A stretch of 64,000 nt of DNA from the IMG/VR virus record IMGVR_UViG_2932480793_000001, positions 8,493 through 72,492 of that record; one strand, given 5' to 3'. The DNA comes from a virus. Lineage: Duplodnaviria > Caudoviricetes. The notes beneath the pieces are model-generated. The model saw only the letters and a list, made by a program, of their open reading frames with translations, was not told the origin of the DNA and searched no databases. Shown one piece after another: positions 36,112 to 44,079 of the stretch (the stretch's first letter is position 1; each line of letters begins with the position of its first letter). Position numbers and translations under genes: made by a program.

Positions 36112-36666
36112 ATGCCCACGCCCCCCGAGCCCACCGCGCTCTACCGCCTCTACAACGCCGACGACCGTCTGCTCTACATCGGAATCTCGCGCGAGCCGGA
36201 AGCCCGGCTGCGAGACCACAGATGGGCCCCTCATCACGGGAAGTGGGCCAAGCTGATTGAGCGCCGCGAGATCACGTGGCACTCCAGTCGCGCGGCTGCC
36301 CTGACGGCGGAGGCCGCCGCCATCCGCGAGGAAAGACCAGCCCACAACGGTTCGCACAACTATCCGCACGCCCCCTTCAACCCCGCACACTGGCCCCGGA
36401 TCGCAGCGGCGCGCGGCATGTCGGCGCAGCTTGCACTCCTCGTGCTCGCAGAGATCGAATCCGGCAGATGGCAGCCGGGCATGAAACTCCCCTCATGCAG
36501 TGAGCTCGGCCGAGCCACCGGCATGAGCAAGTCGGCCGCCACCAGCGCCATCCGAAAGCTCTGCGCAGAGAATCAACTGACGCAGATCCAGGGAGTCGGC
36601 GTCTTCGTCTACAGCGAGACCGGAATCGAGCGGGCCAACCAGGCCAGACGACGCCCTGCCACGTAG
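36112..36666 (+). CDS. GIY-YIG domain fused to a C-terminal GntR-type wHTH
   Basis: ALYRLYN..LLYIGIS..RLRDH..AEAAAIREERPAHN followed by WQPGMKLPS..GVGVFV. Confidence 0.85.
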   Translation: MPTPPEPTALYRLYNADDRLLYIGISREPEARLRDHRWAPHHGKWAKLIERREITWHSSRAAALTAEAAAIREERPAHNGSHNYPHAPFNPAHWPRIAAARGMSAQLALLVLAEIESGRWQPGMKLPSCSELGRATGMSKSAATSAIRKLCAENQLTQIQGVGVFVYSETGIERANQARRRPAT

Positions 36667-37385
36667 CTCTCGCAGGACGCACACCATCACCCAGATGCAC
36701 TTTCCAGCCACATAGCCGAGAGAGTCGGAATAGTACAGCAATGGGAATCGGTGAGCGTTACATCCCACTTGAGCCCGTTAGGAACACCTCCGATTCAACC
36801 GAACCCCCTGCGCCGCCTGACCTCGGGCCCGTTTCGCCCGATGCGCGCCGGGCCGGTTTCCAACGCCACCCTCGGCCGCCCCGCCTAGGTTCGTGTCAGC
36901 GGCCGGCCGCCTCATACACACCTCCTCCGCACGGGGTTGCGGATGTGTGTGATGGTCGGTCTCGGCTTCGGGGCTTGCCGGGGAGTCGGTCGCCCGCCTG
37001 CCGACGACGTCGTTTTCCGGTCGGTTTTGGCGGGGCCGGGAAGCTACATACTGAAATCCAATTAGGCAACGGAGTGGGTTCGAAAGCTGGAGGTCAGGGG
37101 CTCGGCGAGGGGGATAATTAACCTCCTGACCTGCGCGTTTCTGTCAAGTGTGACTTGTCAAAGTTGCAGGTTGAGATGGCTGGTCCGGATCTCCACCGTC
37201 TTACGGATCTTGTGGCCTGATCTAGCGTTCGTTCTGCATAAGCGTCGTCGATCGACGTGATGTTACGTCGGGGCTCATCACCCCGGTCATGCAAGAGGCC
37301 CAGGCGCGTATCAGGCGCCTGGGCCGGGACCAGCCGCATCACCAGCTGGTCTTCAACCATCCCCTGCTAGGAAGAAGGTCTCGTC

Positions 37386-37919
37386 ATGATGGTATCGGAC
37401 AGCGACACCAAGAAGCTTGCAGCAGATCAGGGCCACCCCGCCTCTCCCCCGGTCCTGTCGGCCCCGGTTCCCCCTCCGCCGCCGGCCCCCACCGCCGCCT
37501 CGTCACCGGATCCGCGTCGTTGGTCGTTCGTCGACCGCCGCTCGGGCCGCCGCTTGGAGGTGACGTGTATGCGCGGCTGCGACGCCGACCACAGCCTGGA
37601 TGCGTCGACTCCGTCGGATCCGTCCGACATCTGGTGCCAGGTCGACTCGACGGTCGTGTGCCTGCCGATCAACTCGAACGGCACGCCGGAGAACATGCGG
37701 GTCCTGTCGGCGACTCTGAACATGCTGCCGTTCTCGGACAGCATCGCCTTGCGTGCCCCGCACGTGTCGGTGGAGGTCGTCCAGGACGAGTGGATCGAGG
37801 GCCTGGACCCGGACGGTCTGGCCACGGTCATCGGGACCCTGCGGGAGCGGCTGGTGCATCTGGAGGAGATGCATGGCCGCCTGGAGGTTGCGCGGGCGGA
37901 GTGGCGGGCCGGCCGCTGA
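37386..37919 (+). CDS. DUF6907-like hypothetical protein
   Basis: VTCMRGCDADH..DIWC..LDPDGLATVIGTLR pattern; start uncertain. Confidence 0.65.
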   Translation: MMVSDSDTKKLAADQGHPASPPVLSAPVPPPPPAPTAASSPDPRRWSFVDRRSGRRLEVTCMRGCDADHSLDASTPSDPSDIWCQVDSTVVCLPINSNGTPENMRVLSATLNMLPFSDSIALRAPHVSVEVVQDEWIEGLDPDGLATVIGTLRERLVHLEEMHGRLEVARAEWRAGR

Positions 37920-38049
37920 CGTAGCGGTTCTTTCACGGCCGGGCAGCACCAGCTGCCCGGCCGTTTCCAGATCGGCGGGCGGGTCCCGCGTTCCCTCAGG
38001 AGTGCTGTGTTTGTGCTGCTCGGCGTTGGTCGGCGCGGTGGAGGTTGTG

Positions 38050-39174
38050 ATGAGTAGCGAGCTGCGCCGCCAGTTGCGTGAGGCGTTGGGGCCGGAGATC
38101 AAGGGTTTGCAGCGGGCTGTGGCGTTGGAGATCGCGGATGACGCCCGGTACGACGACGAGTGGCGGTTCGACGCGGCTCGGGGTCGGCGCAGCAAGGTGC
38201 GCTTGGCGGACTTGGTGCGGTGGACGGGGGCGAAGGATGAGCTGAGCGTCCGGGAGATGCTGCGCCGGCTTGCGGTGGCGGGCTGGGAGTTCCGGTTGCC
38301 GATCGGTACGGGCCGGGATGGTCGTCCGTTGTATGCGGTGCCGGGTGTGGCGATGCAGTTCCGGGTGCCGGATTTCGAAGCCCAAACCACCGTTGGGCCT
38401 TGTGATCCGGAAGGGCCAACCACGGTTGGGCCTTTGGCCTCTGAAGGCCCAACCGTGGTTGCGGAAGGCCCAACCACAGTGGGCGAAGGGCCAACCGTGG
38501 TTGGGCCCCATTCTCCTCCTCTTCTCCTTGCTTCTCCTCAAGACTCTCCCTCCTCCTCCGGCCTGTTGCCGTCTGCGGGTGATGAGTCGGCTGGCCAGGG
38601 AGGAGGGGGAGGTGATTCCCTTCATCAAGACCAGGACAGAGGTGCCGCCACCGGTACGCCGGAGCTCCACCCTCAGGCCGAGCCCTTCGTGGCCGCCCTG
38701 GACTTCCGGGGCCGTCCGCCGGGGTCGAAGCAACTTGGTCGGCTGGTCGCCCTTGCTGCTGACGCTTTGGACGCCGGCTGGGTGGAGCAGGACTTGAAGA
38801 CGTACCTGGATCTCGGTGGTGCGGCGGTGAACTCTGCTGCGGCGGTGTACGCGCACCGCCTGGCCGCGGATGAGCTCCCGGACCCGGCGACGTTCCGCGA
38901 GGCTGCCAGGCGCCCTCTGGAGGGCACGGACGCGGTCGTGGACGGGTGGATGCAGCTTGCTGGGCGTTCGGGCCCACACAGGCCGTATCAGGACCCGTGG
39001 CGGCGCCTGGAGGAGGAGGGCCGGAACGGGTCGAGGCCGCAGGGGTGGGAGCGGGTGCCGCACTGCGGTGACCCGGACTGCGACCAGGTGACCCGCCGGC
39101 GGGATGCCCTCGGGCATGACGGGTTGCCGACGACGACGTTGTGCCAGCGGTGTCACCCTGCGATGCGGTTCTGA
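38050..39174 (+). CDS. Second putative replication initiator (wHTH, internal iterons, C-terminal Zn motif)
   Basis: ATG 38050 with RBS GGAGG; LQRAVALEIADDA and HTH; EGPTTVG repeats encoded by DNA palindromes; HCGDPDC..CQRCHP. Confidence 0.7.
   Translation: MSSELRRQLREALGPEIKGLQRAVALEIADDARYDDEWRFDAARGRRSKVRLADLVRWTGAKDELSVREMLRRLAVAGWEFRLPIGTGRDGRPLYAVPGVAMQFRVPDFEAQTTVGPCDPEGPTTVGPLASEGPTVVAEGPTTVGEGPTVVGPHSPPLLLASPQDSPSSSGLLPSAGDESAGQGGGGGDSLHQDQDRGAATGTPELHPQAEPFVAALDFRGRPPGSKQLGRLVALAADALDAGWVEQDLKTYLDLGGAAVNSAAAVYAHRLAADELPDPATFREAARRPLEGTDAVVDGWMQLAGRSGPHRPYQDPWRRLEEEGRNGSRPQGWERVPHCGDPDCDQVTRRRDALGHDGLPTTTLCQRCHPAMRF
38377..38508. repeat. Iteron-like array (5 units, GAAGG(G/C)CCAACC..GGTTGGGCC)
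   Basis: Units at about 38377, 38410, 38443, 38464 and 38485, followed by a pyrimidine-rich tract. Confidence 0.75.
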
Positions 39175-39255
39175 GGGGAAGGTCTCCGAAGCCGGGACAC
39201 AGACGTCAAACTCAGGACAACATCGATGCCAGAGTTCGCATCCACGGAGGTCTGC

Positions 39256-39918
39256 ATGGCCAAACAGCTCACGACTCAGAACGCGACGATTACCACCGCC
39301 GCGGTCGAGGTGAAGACGCTCACCATCAGCGGCAAGCAAGTTACGCAAGCAGTCTTTAAGCAGATGGAAGTCGAGAACATCATCCAGCCTCTGGATGCCG
39401 AGTTGGCAGGCGAACCATGGGGCAGGGTCAACTACCACCCCGACAAGTGCGCAGATGAGCGGGAGCACCTCCATGTCGTATGGAACAAGGAGGGGGAGCT
39501 GCGTCGGGCGACCGTGTACGAGCCAACAGTGGCCGGACATAAGCACCTTCAGGCGGGGTTGTACGTCGAAGCTCTGATCGCAGAGGGCCTGGATAGCAGC
39601 GATCCGCGGACGAAGGCCAACGCCGACAGGTCAAACCGAGTGCAGGTGACTCGCGGCAGTAAGGACGGGGATCCTGGCGTGGCGCGCTTCACCCATCAGG
39701 GCGTTGCCTTCCAAGGTCCAGTCCGCGCGAGCTTTCTCAGCGTCTTCCGGAACGTCTATTTTCGAAAGGACATGGAAGAGGGCCTGTGGCATGAGCTGAA
39801 AAACGTTGCCGGACCCGAGGCCACTTCGGCGAGCATCGCTGATCGTCTCCCCGCTCTCAACTACACGACATCATGGCGCCACTTGAAGGAGTTGCCGCAG
39901 TTGTTCATCGCAGTCTGA
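39256..39918 (+). CDS. Hypothetical protein (moron-like)
   Basis: MAKQLTTQNA.. with RBS GGAGG; KQVTQAVFKQ, PWGRVNY and LPQLFIAV; appears lower in GC. Confidence 0.8.
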   Translation: MAKQLTTQNATITTAAVEVKTLTISGKQVTQAVFKQMEVENIIQPLDAELAGEPWGRVNYHPDKCADEREHLHVVWNKEGELRRATVYEPTVAGHKHLQAGLYVEALIAEGLDSSDPRTKANADRSNRVQVTRGSKDGDPGVARFTHQGVAFQGPVRASFLSVFRNVYFRKDMEEGLWHELKNVAGPEATSASIADRLPALNYTTSWRHLKELPQLFIAV

Positions 39919-39928
39919 CCCGCACCAC

Positions 39929-39957
39929 GGCCGCCCCCGCGGGATTCGGGGGCGGCC
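39929..39957. terminator. Stem-loop terminator between convergent genes
   Basis: GGCCGCCCCC..GGGGGCGGCC followed by TTCTTC. Confidence 0.75.
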
Positions 39958-39996
39958 TTCTTCAGCTAACCACGGCCGCAAGCGATGACCGCGCAG

Positions 39997-40917
39997 TCAC
40001 GCCCCTGCCTGCCCCGGTACGGGTACAACGGTGACGGCTTGCGGCGCTGCTGGCGGTTGCGGCCCGGCGACCATGGCCTGCACGAGGGCGGACAGGATCT
40101 CCCCGCGCTGCTCCTGGGTGAGGTCTCCGTCGGCAACCAACCGTTCGGCGGCGAGGTAGCGGGAGAGTTCGAGGGGTTGGTCGAAGTAGGACCGGAGGTG
40201 GGTGGCGGCGGCTTCCTGGGAGCGGATGAAGGTTTTGGCGACGTATCCGGCGAGGGCTGCGGACACGGCGCCGAGCCCGCCGGCGACGATCGCGACGGCG
40301 GTGGTGCTGGCCCAGAGGGCGATGCAGGCGAAGAGGATCAGGAGCAGGAAGCCGGCGCCCATGGCGATCTGGGCGTTGCGGAACGACGTCTTGGCCTGGC
40401 CGGTGGCGATCTGGTGGTATAGGTCGAGGCGGGCGTGGGTGGCTTCCCAGAGTTCGGGGAGGCCGAGGGTGCCTCGGCGTCCGGCTTCACCGGCGGAAGG
40501 CGGGTCGGGTTCTTGATCTTCTTCTTCCGGTAGTTGCCACGCTGTTCGGTCGCTGCTGTGTGTGAGGCTGCCGCCGAAGGTGGTGCCTGTTGGCATGGTG
40601 TATTCGCGGCGGATAGCTTCGGCTAGTGCGTCTTCGGCCCGTGTGAGGCGTTGCCGGCTCTCGTCTTCTTCGGGGCTGGCGTTATTGGGTGCTGAGCGTC
40701 CTACGAGTAGGCCGGTTGCCAGGACGCCGCCGATTATTAGGCTTTGCGTGACGGCGTTGCCGTGCAGGATGGCCTTGGCTACGTCGTCGCCGTATCTGTT
40801 GGCGAGCACGATTCCCGCGACGAGGGCGCCTGAGAGCGTGACGGCGACGAGTGCGCGTGGCCAGGTGATTTTGTGTTGGCGCGGGCGTTCGTTGGAGGGT
40901 TGGTCGCTGGACGGCAT
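39997..40917 (-). CDS. Membrane protein with TRADD-N-associated TM domain
   Basis: LDLYHQIATGQAKTSFRNAQIAMGAGF-TM-TM-TFIRSQEAAATHLRSYF pattern; two further N-terminal TMs. Confidence 0.65.
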   Translation of the reverse strand: MPSSDQPSNERPRQHKITWPRALVAVTLSGALVAGIVLANRYGDDVAKAILHGNAVTQSLIIGGVLATGLLVGRSAPNNASPEEDESRQRLTRAEDALAEAIRREYTMPTGTTFGGSLTHSSDRTAWQLPEEEDQEPDPPSAGEAGRRGTLGLPELWEATHARLDLYHQIATGQAKTSFRNAQIAMGAGFLLLILFACIALWASTTAVAIVAGGLGAVSAALAGYVAKTFIRSQEAAATHLRSYFDQPLELSRYLAAERLVADGDLTQEQRGEILSALVQAMVAGPQPPAAPQAVTVVPVPGQAGA

Positions 40918-41063
40918 GGATCAAGAGGATGCCGAGCCGATGCCGGGCCGTCCACCGGTTCCGGTGAACCGGGCGTGGTGGGGTGTCCGCGGCCCGAGAT
41001 GCGGGGTTCGTGGTCTGGGGTGAGCCTGGGTGGAGGCTTCGTTCCTCTACTGCTTGGAGCGTC

Positions 41064-41309
41064 ATGATCGTCAAGATGTTGCATGACAAGGGCCTCAAGG
41101 CTGAGCACGCCTACACGGCGGCGTTCGTGTCGATCGGGTTGTCGGTCGCGTCGTGGTGCGGGTCGATGAAGGTTGAACCGGCGGGGGTGGCGCGTGCTGA
41201 CCGGTGGGGGATTTTCATTGGCGAGTGGGCGCCGACGTTCTTCGGGCTCGGCCTGGCGTTGGCGCACTACGAGCATGACGAGGACACCCTGCACTCGGTG
41301 ACGCACTGA
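41064..41309 (+). CDS. Small actinobacterial membrane protein
   Basis: RADRWGIFIGEWAPTFFGLGLAL motif; RBS GGAG. Confidence 0.75.
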   Translation: MIVKMLHDKGLKAEHAYTAAFVSIGLSVASWCGSMKVEPAGVARADRWGIFIGEWAPTFFGLGLALAHYEHDEDTLHSVTH

Positions 41310-41329
41310 CGGCGCTCCTGCAGCACAGC

Positions 41330-41362
41330 AGAGCCCCCGCCCGGTTCGCCGGCGGGGGCTTT
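41330..41362 (+). terminator. Stem-loop terminator
   Basis: AGCCCCCGCC..GGCGGGGGCTTT. Confidence 0.7.
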
Positions 41363-41447
41363 GTCGTGCCAGCGGCGTCACCTGGCGATGCGGTTCCGAG
41401 GGGCCTGGACGAATGGCGTGCGCGAGGACTCCAGCGCGCACACGTAT

Positions 41448-41463
41448 TCGAACATGTGATCGA
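41448..41463. promoter_or_regulatory. LexA (SOS) box
   Basis: TCGAAC-ATGT-GATCGA versus actinobacterial consensus TCGAAC-N4-GTTCGA; a weaker overlapping box lies to the left. Confidence 0.7.
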
Positions 41464-41505
41464 TGCGTCACGGGTTGTCCAGACCTTCACCCTGCCTCTT
41501 ACCGC

Positions 41506-41527
41506 TGTCAGTGGTTGTCGCTACGGT
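41506..41527 (+). promoter_or_regulatory. RecA-NDp/PafBC-type DNA-damage promoter motif
   Basis: TGTCAGTG-8 nt-TACGGT matches the TGTCRGtg-N8-TAnnnT consensus. Confidence 0.7.
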
Positions 41528-41625
41528 GGGCTGACTGGGGGATGTGCCGTCCTGCCCGTAGACCCGCCGAGTCGCACCCGGAGAGGACTCATCTACGGTG
41601 AGGATCAGGCACCAGAGGGGACACC

Positions 41626-42084
41626 ATGACAGCGAACGTTCAGGACGTGGCCGCGTACATACTGCGCAAGGACAGTCCGATGTCCGCGATGAAGCTGCAG
41701 AAGCTCTGCTACTTCGCCTATGGGTACCACTTGGCGTGGGAGGACCGACAGCTGTTCCCGGAGCGCTTCGAGGCGTGGGCGAACGGCCCGGTGGTGTACG
41801 AGCTGTACGCGCAGCACCGCGGCCAGTACCGGCTGGAGAGCGGCGACATCCACGGCGATCCGTCCAAGCTGGATGCCGGCGAAGTTGAGTCGATCGACGC
41901 CGTACTGGAGAGTTTCAAGGCGTTCTCGGCCCATGAGCTGTCCGCGATGACGCACCGGCCGGGACCGTGGCTGGATGCTCGTCGGCGGGCCGGCCTGGAG
42001 GACGACCTGCAGCGCAGCAACGAGGAGCTGCGGGACGAGGAGATCGCCGACTTCTTCGGCGCGTTGGCGGGCCGCGAAGACTGA
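41626..42084 (+). CDS. Panacea (SocA/DUF4065) antitoxin
   Basis: MKLQKLCYFAYG, FEAWANGPVVYELY and LSAMTH..PW motifs. Confidence 0.92.
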   Translation: MTANVQDVAAYILRKDSPMSAMKLQKLCYFAYGYHLAWEDRQLFPERFEAWANGPVVYELYAQHRGQYRLESGDIHGDPSKLDAGEVESIDAVLESFKAFSAHELSAMTHRPGPWLDARRRAGLEDDLQRSNEELRDEEIADFFGALAGRED

Positions 42085-42545
42085 TGGGCAAAGGGGGGAA
42101 GGGGAAGAAGGTCAGCGTCCCGCCCGGTTCCATCGCGGACGAGAAGCGAACAGGCGATCCGAAGTCCCTACTGCCAAGCAGTGGGACTTCGGAGGAGCGG
42201 GTGTGCTGGCGGTTCAGTCACCTCGACCTGGGCGGCCCATGGGGGCTCGTGTCGCTTGACCATGAACGGTTGATGGTGCTGCTCACGGACATGGCGAAGT
42301 TCGAAAGCCAAACCGTTAACGAGCTCTTTCATCAAGGCGAGTGGCCTGGCAAGTGCCATGACGTTCACACTCTGCCGAATAGGGCCGCACTGGCACGCCT
42401 CGACGAGATCGGCCTATCCGACATGACGAAGATTTGGAAGCTCCGCATTGGGGGCCCTGGCCGGCTCTGGGGTTTCCTGGTCGGGAACGTTTTCCATGTC
42501 GTTTGGTGGGATCCGCGGCATGAGGTCTGGCCCTCGAAGCGCTGA
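42084..42545 (+). CDS. Putative RelE-like toxin partner of Panacea
   Basis: TGATG coupling; IWKLRIGGPGRLWGFLVGNVFHVVWWDPRH. Confidence 0.75.
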   Translation: MGKGGKGKKVSVPPGSIADEKRTGDPKSLLPSSGTSEERVCWRFSHLDLGGPWGLVSLDHERLMVLLTDMAKFESQTVNELFHQGEWPGKCHDVHTLPNRAALARLDEIGLSDMTKIWKLRIGGPGRLWGFLVGNVFHVVWWDPRHEVWPSKR

Positions 42546-42668
42546 CGGCGCCTGGCGAACCGCCGTGTCGTGCGGGACGGACACCGCGGAGGACGGGCGC
42601 AGGGTCTGGGCGGTCCTCGACCTGTAGGTGCGGCGTGTCCTGAACCTCGCCCTGCCCGTTGAACCAGC

Positions 42669-42842
42669 ATGGACTCCCCCACCGGCTCGTACCCGGCAGC
42701 ACCCCGTCTCTCGCTGGTCACGTTGGAGGAGGCGCGGGAGGCGGTTCGCCTGTTGCAGCACTTCGCCGATGACAGCCCGGAGGGGCAGGCCGCCGACGCC
42801 TGGGTGGCTGAGGTGGCGTTGCGGTTGCCAGCCGACGACTGA
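42669..42842 (+). CDS. Small hypothetical protein (57 aa, not in the ORF track)
   Basis: MDSPTGSYPAAPRLSLVTLEEAREAVRLLQHFADDSPEGQAADAWVAEVALRLPADD, followed by a hairpin at 42853-42881. Confidence 0.55.
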   Translation: MDSPTGSYPAAPRLSLVTLEEAREAVRLLQHFADDSPEGQAADAWVAEVALRLPADD

Positions 42843-42894
42843 GCACGCGAAGCGGCCCATACCCGCCCGGGTGGGGGCCGCGGTGTGTCCGGGT

Positions 42895-43191
42895 TCAGTC
42901 GTCCGGTAGCTGCCCTTGGTCTGGCCCGTAGGCGTAACGAACCCCCGGTTGTCCCCACCGGTAGGCGCGGCCGTAGCCGCTCATGCCTTCGAAGGCGATG
43001 TCGACGTGGTAGGTGACGTGGCCGTCGTGGTGGGTGTCGCGGGAGGTGACGGTGGCCCGGTGCCATTGGCCTTTGTGGCGGATGTAGAGGCCGGGTTGTC
43101 GGAGGCGCGGGTAGATGTGCATTTCGGGTTCTGGCCCGTCGCCTTCGTTCCAGGGTGGTTCCTCTACCGCATCCGGAATCTGTTCGTTCAC
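42895..43191 (-). CDS. Hypothetical protein, probably LexA-controlled and leaderless
   Basis: 98 aa; TACAAT lies 7 nt before the GTG, which is overlapped by an SOS-like box. Confidence 0.7.
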   Translation of the reverse strand: MNEQIPDAVEEPPWNEGDGPEPEMHIYPRLRQPGLYIRHKGQWHRATVTSRDTHHDGHVTYHVDIAFEGMSGYGRAYRWGQPGVRYAYGPDQGQLPDD

Positions 43192-43204
43192 TTGTTCGAT
43201 TGTA
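43184..43204 (-). promoter_or_regulatory. -10 element with overlapping SOS-like box
   Basis: Minus strand TACAA-TCGAAC-AAGT-GAACGA. Confidence 0.6.
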
Positions 43205-43252
43205 CGGGTAGTGGAACGCCCTCACCAGCCGAAACAGCCAGTGAGGGCACGG

Positions 43253-43690
43253 TCACGCCTGGCCCCCGTTGAGTCGTTCACGGACCCACTGGGCGTCGGA
43301 TTCGGCGACGTGCGCGCCTCCGCTGCGCCCGACGTGGACGGTGGTGGGCTGCCCGTCACCGTCCCGCTCCGGGCCGACGTAGGCACCCCAGGGCTGGGAG
43401 CCACCGTCGGGCGGGGTGTGCCCGTCGGGGCAGTGCGGGCAGGTGCGGTCCGCGTTGTCCCAGCCGATCGGGGCGGGGTCGTCCCACACGATGGCGGTGT
43501 GCCCGCCGTGCCCGTGGATGGCCTCGGCGTCCTTGATGCGGTCCCAGTTGACGGTCGAAGCCCGCTCGCCGCGCCACCGGAGCGTGGCCGTGCCGTCCGG
43601 CCACAGAACCCCGTCTGCGACACGGCCGGTCCCGGACGCTCCGGTCACGTCAACGTTGCGCTGGAGATGAAAGCGGCGGGGCTCGCTCAT
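43253..43690 (-). CDS. Hypothetical phage protein
   Basis: RRFHLQRNVDVTGASGTGRVADGVLWPDG..IHGHGGHT. Confidence 0.8.
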   Translation of the reverse strand: MSEPRRFHLQRNVDVTGASGTGRVADGVLWPDGTATLRWRGERASTVNWDRIKDAEAIHGHGGHTAIVWDDPAPIGWDNADRTCPHCPDGHTPPDGGSQPWGAYVGPERDGDGQPTTVHVGRSGGAHVAESDAQWVRERLNGGQA

Positions 43691-44079
43691 GCGGGGTCTC
43701 CCTGCTGCTGGTCGCCGAACGAATCGGTGTCGATGAGGTGCTGGATGCGGGCGGCGAACCGTTCCCCGAACTCGGGGCCGATGCGGTTGGCCAGGGCCAT
43801 CAGTTCGGTGACGATCGCGGCTGCCCCGTCCTCGTTCATCAGGTACAGGTTCCGCGCCCGGTCGGGACTCTTGTTGATGCGCCCTTCGAGGAGCACCGCA
43901 AGGACGGGTCCGCCGCTGCGGGTTTCGACGAGGGTCACGGTGGAGTGGTCGAGAAGGACGGCGTTGCGGTCGTCGAGGATGACGCCATGCCGGTCCTGGG
44001 GGCCTCCGGGGCCGACGATGTCGCCACCGGACTTGCGGGGGTCGCCGCTGGTTCGGCGGCCGTTCTTCCTGCTGCTCAT
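43687..44079 (-). CDS. Hypothetical phage protein
   Basis: MSSRKNGRR.. coupled start; LEGRINKS motif. Confidence 0.7.
   Translation of the reverse strand: MSSRKNGRRTSGDPRKSGGDIVGPGGPQDRHGVILDDRNAVLLDHSTVTLVETRSGGPVLAVLLEGRINKSPDRARNLYLMNEDGAAAIVTELMALANRIGPEFGERFAARIQHLIDTDSFGDQQQGDPA

Noticed and set aside
37118-37360. 80-aa ORF and neighbouring short ORFs in 36700-37380
   Set aside because: Atypical codon usage, no RBS and no motif
27017-39174. Independent AICE inserted into the prophage
   Set aside because: No integrase, RepSA/RepAM or flanking att repeats seen for the module; not fully excluded without comparative data
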